A program made the position numbers and the translations under genes. The notes under the pieces are model-generated. The model saw only the letters and a list, made by a program, of their open reading frames with translations, ran no database searches and was not told where the DNA came from. Shown here one piece after another: positions 37,686 through 51,800 of a stretch of 64,000 bases of DNA. The stretch lies in the NCBI GenBank assembly GCA_051313645.2, contig JBNRSN020000029.1, positions 41,540,001-41,604,000 of the forward strand, written 5' to 3'. Origin of the DNA: Centroscyllium fabricii. Lineage: Eukaryota. Within the stretch, counting starts at the first letter, position 1, and every line of letters starts with the position of its first letter.

Positions 37686-39069
37686 ATTATATTTGCACCC
37701 TCTACGGTAGTCTACAAGTACTTCGTTTATTTTCTCACATGTTTACTCACTGTTTTGTGTGAGATTGTTTTCCTTTTAAAATTACGTATCCCCAATTTAA
37801 TGGGTTTTCTCGAATAAACGCCCTACTTATTTGTGTTTCTACCACCTACCGTATCATATATGAATGCTGTGTAAAATGTTGGGAGCTAAATAGGGACTAA
37901 GTATGCATAATTCTAAATCATACTAATCTCACGTCTGACTGTTCTGGTCCAATTAACCACTGCCTTCATATTGTCCTTCAGAGGAAGAATACTGTCCATC
38001 TTCCCTCCTGATTTACAATTCATGGGCCGCCAGTTAGTAAAAAAATTTCCAAAACATTTTAATATGCTGGATTATATTAAAACTTAGTTTAACGACCCTA
38101 AAGGGGTTCTGTTGTTCTCGGCGACGCTCCTTTCCAATAAGGGAGAACTATTTTGATGTATTGGTCTTGCTTTACTTTACCTTCAAGCTAAAGAAAAACG
38201 TTTCAAAGAGCATGCTAACGAAGTTTCCAGAATAGTATTTTGTTTTTTTCGAAATTTGGGTTTTATGTCTGCATTGAGATGTCTCAGTTTTCTTCCAAGT
38301 CTAGTGCTTCTTTAGGGAGCTACAGCCAGCGCATTTGTGTCATTGCAGCAGAACTGTTCCATAATACAAAGTACAGTGCGCCAACATGGTGCCACTGTAC
38401 GAATGATCAATCCAAGATGACAGTCATAAGAAATGTGCCCCTGTAACCTACACGGCTTCATTTACCTCTAAACACCAGATCAGTGCCATCCACGCTGGCG
38501 GATGAAATATATCGAAGCAGGAAGAGTGAAGCACGTAGATCAGTCACCAGGTTCAAAGGAAATAGAGGGGAGATAAAGACTGGCGCCCTCACCAGAATGT
38601 GAATCTGCAACCCTTCAGCTGATGTTAAAAATAATACAGTACTTCTGGAGGATGCTTAGAAAAGTAGAGTATTCTCTGAGCAGGAGAGTTTGTGTATTCT
38701 TTGGGGAATGTTTCTAGCAGTTTCTAACATAGCAACAATTGTGAAGGAGTTCATATGCCGAAGGTATATTGCTCTGCGGCAAGGCATTCAGAAGTTGCAG
38801 ACGCAAGCGAGGCAATTCACCGCACTGCGGTAGTCTGTGTTGCAACCATGGGTATTTGACAGCAAGATGTCAGACTTAGTCTGTTTCTTACTGCTGTATT
38901 TTGGGCAGTTTGCAGAAAAATGTCTTTTGTCATAGAACGGTTCGCAGATGTATGGGAATAAATGGGGATAGACGTGGCAACACACATGGGAGTGCCAATA
39001 AAGTTGGCGGGTCAGTTTGCACACTGAGGAACACGAAAAGCTGCATGTCACGTGTTTTACATCTTGCAG

Positions 39070-40006
39070 CACGGGAGTAGATGGAAGTACAGTTACAAAT
39101 TGGTGGATGGCACCAAATTGTGGGTATGCTATTATGAGGAATTATACGACAAAAATATAAGAAGCCATTAATAAACTTGAAAAATTGGCCTGCAAGTAGC
39201 TAATTAACAATAACATAGATAAGTGTGAGGTGGTGAATTTTGGATTGAGGAGTAAGGGAACCACATATTCCTTGAAAAATAAGACTCCATACGGGGTAGA
39301 CGAGCAAAGGTCTCTGCGAATACACATTTACAAATCATTGAAATAAGCAGGCAAGTTAACAAGGCCATAAAAATGCAAACAAGGTACTGCGATTCAAATC
39401 TAGAGCAATGCAATATTAAAGCAGGTTCTAATGTTGAATTGTAAAAAAGCTTGCTTAGACCGCAGTTAGTGTATTGTGTACAGTTCTAATCTACATTTCA
39501 CAAAAAACAAACAGGGGCACGGAAGAAGGTGTAAAAAATGATTTACACGGATATTTTGAACTGAGATGTAAAACCTATTAGGAAAGACTCAATATGCTGA
39601 GGTTAATTTCCGTAAACCACAAAAGACAAAGCTGTAACCGGATAGAGGTTTTGAAATACAGAAGCGGTTTGATATGGTAAACGTAGAGAAAATATGTTCA
39701 TTTGTTGGAGAGTCAAAATGTAGCGGACATAAATATAAGATAGTCACAAATAAAACTAATAAAGCATTCAGGATACAGTTCTTTATCCAGAGAGTGGTGA
39801 GAATGAAGAATTTGCTACCACATGGAGTAGGTGAGGCGAATATCCTAAATGTCTTAAAAGGGAAGCGAGATAAGTAGATGAGGAAGAAACAAATGGAATG
39901 ATCTGCAGATAGGGTTCGATGAAGTAGGGTGGGAAGAGGGTCATGTGGAGCATAAAGACCACCAGAGATCAATTTGGTCGGATGGCCTCTTTCTGTGCAA
40001 TAATTG
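39070..40006 (+). mobile_element. Degenerate CR1 LINE 3' portion
   Basis: DKCEVVNFG, GHKYKI..FFIQRVVRM..LP motifs and CR1 3' UTR running into the gap. Confidence 0.85.
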
Positions 40007-40240
40007 NNNNNNNNNNNNNNNNNNNNNNNNNNNNNNNNNNNNNNNNNNNNNNNNNNNNNNNNNNNNNNNNNNNNNNNNNNNNNNNNNNNNNNNNNNNNNN
40101 NNNNNNNNNNNNNNNNNNNNNNNNNNNNNNNNNNNNNNNNNNNNNNNNNNNNNNNNNNNNNNNNNNNNNNNNNNNNNNNNNNNNNNNNNNNNNNNNNNNN
40201 NNNNNNNNNNNNNNNNNNNNNNNNNNNNNNNNNNNNNNNN
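40007..40240. other. Assembly gap (N run)
   Basis: Run of N. Confidence 1.
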
Positions 40241-40513
40241 AATCAGCAGCTAACGAAAAGGCCAATAGACGCACATTAAGGCACATAAAGTAATATCAGA
40301 GAAATAGGAAATAAGATGAAATTCAATGAACTGAGATGTGCTGAAATCGATGGTGACAACATGAGGTCAATAATGTTTGAATGTGTATGTCCACTGGACA
40401 ATAACAAGGCGCCACAAACCGTTGCATGATAATTCCTTTCAAAATGAAAAGCAATCGTTCCATTCAATGAAATGTTTATGTTGGGAATCATATTACTTTC
40501 TTTAAGCATTTAC

Positions 40514-40540
40514 CTTTCTCCTTTTCCTCAGCTGTTTTAT
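40514..40540 (-). CDS. 27-nt family microexon (NKTAEEKEK) with non-canonical acceptor (cat instead of cag)
   Basis: attatttttacctgcat|ATAAAACAGCTGAGGAAAAGGAGAAAG|gtaaat; an in-frame cryptic CAG lies 9 nt inside. Confidence 0.55.
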
Positions 40541-40738
40541 ATGCAGGTAAAAATAATAATTGCAATATTAAATAAATCTCTAAATAGACCGGATATCTTT
40601 CTTACAGAAACGCTGAAAATCTATTTATAACACTACAGCATACGAAATGTATATTAGCAGCTTTGCAGAGGAACAATCATAGCCTCAATAGGTTGTGGGC
40701 ATTTCAATGAAATATTAAAAATTTAAAAGGACCACAGT

Positions 40739-41195
40739 GGCCCTTATTTTCCGATCGAACCTATGCCTTACCTGTGGGCTCCAAAGGTCCAGATATGTCC
40801 TGTGACTCCGCACGACGAAATGCGCAGAGGCACAGGCAACCCAGGTGGTCCGCAAGCGCCTCTGGGATCATGTGGCCCATGAGGAAACAATCAAAGAACG
40901 GAATCCCCGTCACACTTTTGAGAGGTCTCTCTGCTTAGACCTGTCAAAAGTGTGAATGGGAATCACACAAAATACACATTAAAACCTTAAGTACATTTTT
41001 TTTAAACTCACCTTTTAACAAATTAGTTATAATTACATTATTAAATTAAATATTTTAAACAAAAATGTAATTTTTTGAAAAAAATAATTACAATTTTTTA
41101 AGGGGCTAAGCATAAACTTGCCTATTTAAAAATTATTTTAAATTATAAATGAGTGAGAGAAAAATATTTTTACTTTTCTGAACTCTTCTGCTGGT
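40739..41195. mobile_element. Truncated Harbinger-like MITE (left half)
   Basis: ggcccttattttccgatcg left end and internal sequence shared with the copies at 15805 and 21551. Confidence 0.65.
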
Positions 41196-41197
41196 AA

Positions 41198-41653
41198 TCG
41201 TTATACTTCCAAGTGTACTTATCATCGTACCCGTACAATTGAATTAGGAAGGGAGGAATGTGGCGTATGGACAACATACACCTATGTACTGATGATGCTA
41301 GACTCTACCTCGGCATCACCCCTCTATATCCCCCCGGTGCTATGCGATGGCCTGTGCCTTTAACGATGGTGCTGGACACTGTATCATGTGATGCCACCAG
41401 GCTGCAGTACCCTTACCAGCCACTGTCGGGTATATAAGCTCGTGTGTGTGTAGTTCCGGTTCAGTCCTCTATTAGTCCTCTATTAGTCCTCGACTAGTCC
41501 TCTACTAGAAAATGTTGTAAGCTACTGTAAATCTGTTGGTGCGAGAAGCGCCACTGGTTAAGTTGTGATTTTACCATGCCCAGTAAACATCACCCACTTA
41601 GAACTTAACCTGAGTCTGTCGTTATTTGTCCTCCTTAAACATTAAACGTAACA
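41198..41653 (+). mobile_element. 3' end of an LTR retrotransposon: PPT and a 395-bp LTR (41259-41653)
   Basis: PPT aggaagggaggaa then TG...CA (tgtggcg...cgtaaca); TATATAAG near 41431; agtcctctatt-like unit x4. Confidence 0.6.
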
Positions 41654-41659
41654 ATGGTG

Positions 41660-42805
41660 ATAGACTTAACAGCGTGAATAGGCAAATGTATGGCAGATGA
41701 AGTACAATGTAGATAAATGTGAGGTTATCCAGTTTGGTGGTAAAAATAGAGAGGCAGGCTATTATCTGAATGGTGGCAGATTAGGGAAAGGGGAGGTGCA
41801 ATGAGACCTGGGCGTCATGGTACATCAGTCACTGAAGGTGGGACTGCAAGTGCAGCAGGCGGTCAAGAAAGCAAATGGCATGATGGCCTTCATAGCAAGG
41901 GGATTTGAGTACAGGAGTAGGGAGGTGATGCTACAGCTGTAGACGGCCTTGGTGAGGTGTGCAGGTTTGGTCTCCTAACATGAGGAAGGACATTCTTGCT
42001 ATTGAGGGAGTGCAGGGAAGGTTCACTAGATTGATTCCTGGGAAGGCCGGACTGACATATCAAGAAAGACTGGATCAACTGAACTTGTATCTTCTGGAGT
42101 TCAGAAGAATGAGGGGGGATCTTATAGAGACATTTAAAATCCTGACTGGTTTAGACAAGTTAGATGCGGGCAGAATGTTTCCAATGTTAGGGAAGACTAG
42201 AACCAGGGGTCGCAGTCTAAGTATAAAGGGGAGGCCATTTAAGACTGAGATGAGGAGGAACTTCTTCACCCAGAGAATGGTGAATCTGTGAAATTTGCTG
42301 CCACAGAAGGTTGTTGAGGCCAGTTCGCTCAATAAATTCAAAGGGGAGTGAGATATAATACTCACAACTAGGGGGATCAAGGGGTATGGCGAGAAAGCAG
42401 GAATGGGGTACTTAGGTAGCATGTTCAGCACCTTCCAAACCCGCGGCCTCTACCACTTAGAAGGACAAGGGCAGCAGACGCATGGGAACAGCACCACCTA
42501 CAAGTCCCCTCCAAGCCACACACCATCCTGACTTGGACCTGTATCGCCGCTCATTCACAGTCGCTGGGACAAAATCCTGTAATTCCCTTCCTAACAACAT
42601 TGTGGGTGTACCTACACCATATGGACTGCAGCGGTTCAAGAAGGTGGCTCACCACCATCTTCTCAAGGGCAATTAGCGATGGGCACTAAATGCAGGCCTA
42701 GCCAGCCAGCGACGCCCACCTCCCATCAATGAAAAAAAAAATGAATAGACCAGGCTCGAAGGACCAAATGGTCTACTCCTGCACCTATTTTCTATGTTTC
42801 TATGT
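41660..42805 (+). mobile_element. CR1 LINE 3' portion interrupted by the second LINE family's 3' end (42420-42742)
   Basis: RKDILAIEGVQGRFTRLIPG, RRMRGDLIETFKIL, RRNFFTQRMVNL; tail tttctatgtttctatgt. Confidence 0.92.
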
Positions 42806-45800
42806 AAAATATAAGGGTGCCCATTCCAGTTAAAATATAAGGGTGCACTTTCCAATAAAAATATAAGGGTTCCCCATCTAATTAAAATAGAAGGGTGCCC
42901 TTTCTAATTAAGATATAAGGGTGCCCATTCAAATTGAAATATAAGGGTTCCCATTCTAATTAAAATATAAGGGTTCCCTTTCTAATTCAAACGTAAAGAG
43001 AACCTTTCTAATTAAAATATAAGGATACCCTTTCTAATTAAAATATAAGGGTTCCCATGCTAATTAAACTATAAAGGTTCACATTCTAATTAAAATATAA
43101 GGGTGCCCTTTCTAATTATAATATACGGGTTCCCATTCTAATTAAATTGTTAGTGTGCCCTTTCTAATTAAAATAAAAGGGTGCCCAATCTAATTGAAAT
43201 GTAAGGGTTCCCATTCTAATTAAAATATAGGTTTTCCCTTTCTTATTATAATATAAGGGTTCCCATTCTAATTAAAATATAAGGGTTCCCATTCGTATTA
43301 AAATTTAAGGCTGCCCTTCCTAATTAAAATATAAGAGTTCCCTTTCTAATAAAAATATAAGGGTTCCCATTCTAATTAAAATATAAGGGTTCCCATGCTA
43401 ATTAAAATATAAAGGTTCCCATTCTAACTAAAATATAAGGGTTCCCATTCTATTAAGAATATAAGGGTGCCATTCTAACCAAAATATAAGGGTGCCCATT
43501 CTAATAAAAATATAAGGGTTCCCATTCTAATTAAAACATAAGGGTGCACTTGCTAATTAAAATATAAGGGTGCCTTTTCTAATTAAAATTTAAGGGAGCC
43601 ATTTCTAATTATAATGTGAGGGTGCCCTTCCTAATTAAAATATAACGTTGCCATTTCTAATAAAAATGTAAGGGTTCCCTTTCTTTTTCAAATATAAGGG
43701 TTCCCATTCTAATTAAAATGTAAGGGTGCCCATTCTAATTAAAATATAAGGGTTCCAATACTAATTAAAATATGAGGTTGCCCTTTCTAATTAAAATATA
43801 AGGGTTCACATTCTAATTAAAATATAAGGGTTCCCTTTCTAGTTAAAATAATAGGTTGCCCATTCTAATTAAAATTTAAGGGTGCACATTCAAATTTAAA
43901 TATAAGGGTCCCCATTCTAATTTACATATATGGGCTCCAATTCTAATTAAAATATAAGGTTGCTCATTCTAATTAAAATATAATGGTTCCGTATCCAAAA
44001 AATATATAAGTGTTCCCATTTTAATTAAAATATAAGGGGTCCGTTTCTAATTAAAATGTAAGGGTTCCCATTCTAAATAAAATTGTTGTTCTCATTCTAA
44101 ATAAAATATAAGGGTGCCCTTTCTAATTAAAATATAAGGTTGCACTTTCTAATAAAAATATAAGGCTTCCCATTCTAAGTAAAATAAAATTGTTCCCATT
44201 CTAATTAAAATATATGTTTGCCCATTCTAAATAAAATATAAGGGTGCCCTTTCTAATTACAATAGAAGGGTTCCCATTCTAATTAAAATATAAGTGTTCC
44301 CATAATAATTAAAACATAAGGGTTCCCTTTCTAATTAAATTATAAGGGTTCGCATTCTAATAGATATATCAGGGTACACATTCTAATTAAAATATAATTG
44401 TTCCCATTCTAATTAAAATAAATTGTTGCCCATCCTAAATGAAATATAAGGGTGCCATTTCTAATTAAAAAGAAGGGTTCCCATTCTAATTAAAATATAA
44501 GGGTTCCCATTCTAATTAAAATATAATTGTTCCCATTCTAATTAAAATAAATTGGTGCCCATTCTAAATGAAATATAATGGTGCCATTTCTAATTAAAAA
44601 GAAGGGTTCCCATTCTAATTAAAATATAAGGGTTCCCATTTTAATTAAAATGTAAGGAGAACCTTTCTAATTTAAATATAAGGGTACCCTTTCTAATAAA
44701 AATATAAGGGTTCCCATGGTAATGAATCTATAAATGTTCACATTCTAATTAAAATATAAGGGTTCGCATTCTAATAAAAATATAAGGGTACCCATTCTAA
44801 TTAAAATATAATTGTTCCCATTCTAATTAAAATAAAAGGGTGCCCATTCTAAATTAAATATAAGGTTGCCCTTTCTAATTAAAAATAAGGGATCCCATTC
44901 TAATTAAAATGTAAGGGTTCCCATTACAATTAAAATTTAAGGAGAACCTTTCTAATTAAAATATAAGGGTACCCTTTCTAATTAAAATATAAGGGTTCCC
45001 ATGGTAATTAATCTATAAATTTTCACATTCTAAATAAAATATAAGGGTGCCCTTTCTAATTAAAATATAAGGGTTCCCATTCTAATTAAAATGTAAGGGT
45101 GCCCTTTCTAATTAAAATATAAGGGTTCCCATTCTAATTAAAAAATAAGGGTGCCCTTTCTAATTAAAATAAAAGGGTGCCCAATCTAATTGAAATGTAA
45201 ATGTTCCCATTCTAATTAAAATATAGGTTTTCCCTTTCTAATTATAATATAAGGGTGCCCATTCTAATTAAAATATAAGGGTGCCCATTCTAATAAAAAT
45301 ATAAGGATGCCCTTTCTAATTAAAATATAATGGTTCCCATTATAACTAAAATATAAGATTCCCATTCTAATTAAAATTTAAGGCTGCCCTTCCTAATTAA
45401 AATATAAGGGTGCCCTTTCTAATTAAAATATAAACGTTCCCATTCTAATTAAAATATAAGGGTTCCCTTTCAAATAAAAATATAAGGGTTCCCATTCTAA
45501 TAAAAATATAAGGGTGCCCATTCTAATTAAAATATAAGTGTTCCCATTCTAATTAAAATATAAGGGTGCACTTTCTAATTAAAAGATAAGGGTGCCTTTT
45601 CTAACTAAAATACAAGAGAGCCATTTCTAATTATAATGTAAGGGTGTCCTTCCTAATTAAAATATAAGGGTGCCCTTTCTAATTAAAATATAAGGGTTCC
45701 CATTCTAATTAAAATGTAGGGGTGCCCTTTCTAATTAAAATAAAAGGGTGCCCAAACTAATTGAAATGTAAAGGTTCCCATTCTAATTAAAATATAAGTT

Positions 45801-48800
45801 TTCCCTTTCTAATTATAATATAAGATTTCCCATTTTAATTAAAATATAAGGGTGCCCATTCTAATAAAAATATAAGGTTGCCCATTCCAGGTAAAATATA
45901 ATGGTTCCCATTCTAACTAAAATATTAGGGTTCCCATTCTAATAAAAATATAAGGGGTCCCATGCTAATTAAAATATAAGGGCGCACATTCTAACTAAAA
46001 TATAAGGGTTGCCATTCTAATAAGAATATAAGGGTGCCCTTTCTAATAATAATATAAGAGTTCCCAAGCTAATTAAAATATAAGGGTTCCCATTCTAATT
46101 AAAATATAAGGGCTCCCATTCTAATTAAAATATAAGGGTGCCCATTCTAATAAAAATATAAGGTTTCCCATTCTAATTAAGATATAAGGGTGCCCATTCT
46201 AATAAAAATATAAGGGTGCCCATTCTGATAAAAATATAATGGTTCCCATTCTAACTAAAATTTAAGGCTGCCCTTCCTAATTAAAATATAAGGGTGCCCA
46301 TTCTAATAAAAATATAAGGGTGCCCATTCTGATAAAAAATATAAGGGTTCCCATTCTAATTCAAATATATGGGTGCTTTTTCTAATTAAAATATAAGGGT
46401 GCCTTTTCTAATTAAAATATAAGGGAGCCATTTCTAATTATAATGTAAGATTGCCCTTTCTAATTAAAATATAAGGGTGCCCTTTCTAATTAAAATATAA
46501 GGGTTCCCATTCTAATTAAATTGTAAGTGTGCCCTTTATAATTAAAATAAAAGGGTGCCCAACCTGATTGAAATGTAAAGGAGCCAATTCTAATTAAAAT
46601 ATAAGTTTTCCCTTTCTAATTATAATGTCAGGGTTCCCATTCTAATTAAATTATAAGGGCACCCATTCTAATTAAAATATAAGGGTTCCCATGCTAAATA
46701 AACTATAAGGATTCCCTTTCTAATTAAAATATAAGGGTTCACATTTTAATAAAAATATAGGGGTACGCATTATAATTAAAATATAAGGGTTCCCATGCTA
46801 ATTAAAATATAACGGTTCCCTTTCTAATTAAAATATAAGGGTTCGCATTTTAATAAAAATATAAGGGTACCCATTCTAATTAAAATATAATTGTTCCCAT
46901 TCTAATTATAATAAAAGGGTGCCCATTCTAAATGAAATATAAGGGTGCTCTTCCTAATTAAAATATAAGGGTTCCCTTTCTAATTAAAATCTAATGGTGC
47001 CCATTCTAATTAAAATATAAGGGTGCCCTTTCTAATTAAAATATAAGGGTATGCATTCTAATAAAAATATAAGGGTACCCATTCTAATTAAAATATAATT
47101 GTTCCCATTCTAAATAAAATATAAGGGTGCCCATTCTAAATAAAATATAAGGGTGCCCTTTCTAAATAAAAAGAAGTGTTCCCATTCTAATTAAAATATA
47201 AGGGTTCCCATTCTAATTAAAATACAAGGGTGCACATTCTACTTAAAATATAAGGGTGCCATTTCTAAGTAAAATATGTGGGTGACTTTTCTAATAAAAA
47301 TATAAGGGTTCCCATTCTAATAAAAATATAAGGGTTCCCTTTTTAATAAAAATATAAGGGTTCCCTTTAAAATTAAAATGTAAGGGTGACCTATCTAAAT
47401 AAAATAAAGGGGTGCCCATTTGTAATTAAAATATAAGGGTTCCCATTCTAATTAAAATATAAAGGTTCCCATTCTAACTAAAATTTAAGGGTGCCCTTTC
47501 TAATTAAAATAGAAGGGTTCACATTCTAATTAAAATATAATGATTCCCATTCTAACTAAAATATAAGGGTTCCCATTCTAAATAAAAATTAAGGGTGCCC
47601 TTCCTAATTAAAATATAAGCGATCCCTTTCTAATTAAAATATAAGTTGGACCTTTCCAATTAAAATATAAGGTTTCCCATTCTAATTAAAATATAACGGT
47701 TCCCATTCTAATTAAAATATAAGTGTTCCCATGCTAATTAAAATATAAGGGTTCCCTTTCGAATTAAAATATAAGGGTTCCCTTTCCATTTAAAATATAA
47801 GTGTTCCCATTGTATATAAAATAAAAGTGTGCCCTTTCTAATTAAAATATAAGGGTGCCCTTTCTAATTAAAATATAAGTGTAAAAAATCCTAATTGAAA
47901 TATAAGGCTTCCCATTCTAATTAAAATATAAGGGTTCCCATTCTAATTATAATATAATGTTTCCCTTTCTAATTAATATATAAGGTTTCCCTTTCCAATT
48001 AAAATGTAAGTGTGCCTTTCTAATTAAAATATAAGGGTTCCCATTATAATTAAAAAATAAGGGTGCCCTTTCTCATCAATATATAAGGGTTCCCATTCTA
48101 TTTAAAATATAATGGTACTCTTTCTAATTAAAATATTAGAGTGCCCATTCTAATTAAAATATAGGGGTGCCCTTTCTAATTGTAATATAAGATTTCCAAT
48201 TCTAATATAAAAATAAGGGTGCCCTTTCTAATTAAAATATAAGGGTGCCCTGTCTAATTAAAATATAAATGTTCCCCTTCTAATAAAAATATAAATGGGC
48301 CCTTTCCAATTAAAATATAAAGGTTTCCATTCTGATTAAAATATAATTGTTCCCTTTCAAACTAAAATATAAAGGTGCCCCTTCTAATTAAAATATAAGG
48401 GTTCCCTTTCTAATTAAAATAAAAGGGTGCCCTTTCTAATTAAAATATAAGGGTTCCCTTTCTAATTAAAATATAAGGGTTCCCTTTCTAATTAAAATAT
48501 AAGGGTGCCTTTTCAAATTAAAATATAAAGGTACCCAATCTAATTAAATTATAAGGGTTCCCTTTCGAATTAAAATATAAGGGTTCCCATGCTAATAAAA
48601 ATGTAAGAGTTCCCATTCTAATAAAATATAAGTGCGCCCTTTCTAATTAAATCATAAGTGTGCGCTTTCTAATTAAAATTTAACAGATCAATTTCTAATT
48701 AAAATATAAGGGTGCCTTTCTAATTAAAATATAAGTGTTCCCATTCTAATTAATATATAAGGGTTCCCATTCTAATTAAGATATAAGCGTGCCCTTTCTA

Positions 48801-51800
48801 ATTAAATCATAAGTGTGCACTTTCTAATTAAAATTCAACAGATCAATTTCTAATTAAAATATAAGGGTGCCTTTCTAATTAAAATATAAGTGTTCCCATT
48901 CTAATTAAAATATAAGTTTGCCCTTTCAAATTAAAATATAAGTGTTCCCATTCTAATTAATATATAAGGGTTCCCATTCTAATTAAGATATAAGCGTGCC
49001 CTTTCCAATTCAAATATATGTGCGCCCTTACTAATTAAAATATATGGGTGCCCTTTCTTATTAAAATATACGTGTGCCCATTCTAATTAAAATATAAGGG
49101 TTCCCATTCAATTCAGGTTTTAACGGTGCCCTTTCTACTTAAAATAAAAGGGTTCCCATTCTAATTAAAATATAAGTGTGCCCTTGCTAATGAAAATATT
49201 AGTGTTCCCATTCTAATTAAAATATAAGTGTTCCCATTCTAATTAAGATATAAGGGTAACCTTTCTAATTAAAATATAAGGGTACCCATTGTTATTAAAA
49301 TATAAGTTTGCTTTTTCCAATAAAAAGATAATGGTGCCCTTTCTAATTAAAATATAAGGGGCCCTTTCTAATTAAAATATAATGGTGCCGTTACTAATTA
49401 AAATATAAGAGTGCCCTTTCTAATTGAAATATAAGGCTTCCCATTCTAATTAAAATATAAGGGTTCCCATTATAATTAAAATATAAGGGTTCCCATTCTA
49501 ATTAAAATATAAGGGTTCCCATTCTAATTAAAATATAAGGGTTCCCTTTCTAAATAAAAGATAAATGTTCCCTTCCCAATTAAAATATAAGGGTTCCCAT
49601 TCTAAATAAATTATAAGGGTGCCCTTTATAACTAAAATGGAAGGGTTCCCATTATAATTACAATATAAGGGTGCCCTTCCTAATTAAAATATAAGAGTTA
49701 CCATTATAATTAAAATATAAGTGTTCCCATTCTAATTAAAATATAAGGGTTCCCTTTCTAATTAAAATATAAGGGTTCCCATTCCACATAATATATAAGG
49801 GTGCCCTCTCTAAATAAATATAAGGGTACCCATTCTAATTAAAATATAAGGGTGCCAATTCTTATTAAAATAAAAGAGTGCCCTTTGAAATTAAGATATA
49901 GGGATGCCCTTTCCCAATTAAAATATAAGAGCTAATATTCGAATTAAATTATGAGTTCCCCTTCTAATTAAATATTAGGATACCCATGCTAATTAAAATT
50001 TAAGGGTGCCCTTTCTAATTAAAATAGAAGGGTTCCCTTTCTAATTAAAATATAAGGGTGCCCTTTCAAATTAAAATATAAAGGTGCCCATTCTAATTAA
50101 AATATAAGGGTTCCCTTTCTAATTAAAATATAAGGGTTCCCATGCTAATAAAAATATAAGGGTTCCCATTCTAATAAAATATAAGTGCGCCCGTTCTAAT
50201 TAAATCATATGTGTGCGCTTTCTAATTAAAATTTAACAGATCAATTTCTAATTAAAATATAAGTGTGCCTTTCCAATTAAAATATAAGTGTTCCCATTCG
50301 AATTAAAATATAAGTTTGCCCTTTCAAATTAAAATATAAGAGTTCCCATTCGAATTCAAATATAAGCTTTCCCTTTATAATTAAAATGTAAGTGTTCCCA
50401 TTCTAATTAATATATAAGGGTTCCCATTCTAATGAAGATATAAGCGTGCCCTTTCCAATTCAAAAATATGTGTGCCCGTTATAATTAGAATATAAGGGTT
50501 CCCATTCTAATTAAAATATAAGGGTGTCCTTTCTAATTAAAATATACGTGTGCCATTTCTAAGTAAAATATAAGTGTGCACTATCTAATTAAAATAAAAG
50601 GGTGCCAATTCTAATTAAAATATAAGCATGCCAATTCTAATTAAAATATAAGGGTGCCCTTTCTAATTAAAATATAAGGTGCACTTTCTAAATAAAATAT
50701 AAGGGTTCACCTTCTAATTAAAATATAAGGGTGTCCTTTCTAATTAAAATATAAGGGTCCCATTTCTAATTAAAATATAAGGGTTCCCATTCCAATTAAA
50801 ATAGAAGGGTTCCCTTACTAATTAAAATATAAGTGTGCCCTTACTAATTAAAATATAAGGGTGCCCTTTCTTATTAAAATATACATGTGCCCATTCTAAT
50901 TAAAATATAAGGGTTCCCATTCAATTAAGGTTTTAACGGTGCCCTTTCTACTTAAAATAAAAGGGTTCACATTCTAATTAAAATATAAGTGTGCCCTTGC
51001 TAATGAAAATATTAGTCTTCCCATTCTAATTAAAATATAAGTGTTCCCATTCTAATTAAGATATAAGGGTAACCTTTCTAATTAAAATATAAGGGTTCCC
51101 ATTCTATTTAAAATATATGGGTTCCCATTCTAATTAAAATATAAGAGTGCCCTTTCTAATTAAAATATAGTGGTTCCCATTCTAATTAAAATATAAGGGT
51201 GCCCTTTCTAATTAAAGTATAATGGTGCCCTTTCTAATTAAAATATAAGGGTACCCATTGTTATTAAAATATAAGTTTGCTTTTTCCAATTAAAAGATAA
51301 TGGTGCCCTTTCTAATTAAAATATAAGGGGCCCTTTCTAATTAAAATATAATGGTGCCGTTACTAATTAAAATATAAGGGTGCCCTTTCTAATTGAAAAA
51401 TAAGGGTTCCCATTCTAATTAAAATATAAGGGTTCCCATTCTAATTAAAATATAAGGGTTCCCATTCTAATTAAAATATAAGGGTTCCCATTCTAATTAA
51501 AATATAAGGGTTCCCTTTCTAAATAAAAGATAAATGTTCCCTTCCCAATTAAAATATAAGGGTTCCCATTCTAAATAAATTATAAGCGTGCCATTTATAA
51601 CTAAAATAGAAGGGTTCCCATTATAATTACAATATAAGGGTGCCCTCTCTAAATAAATATAAGGGTTCCCATTCTAATTAAAATATAAAGGTGCCAATTC
51701 TTACTAAAATAAAAGAGTGCCCTTTGAAGTTAAGATATAGGGGTGCCCTTTCCAATTAAAATATAAGAGTTAATATTCGAATTAAATTATGAGTTCCCCT

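Noticed and set aside
38181-38187. 7-nt segment between a good acceptor and donor on the minus strand
   Set aside because: Frame-shifting, and gives a stop in phase 1
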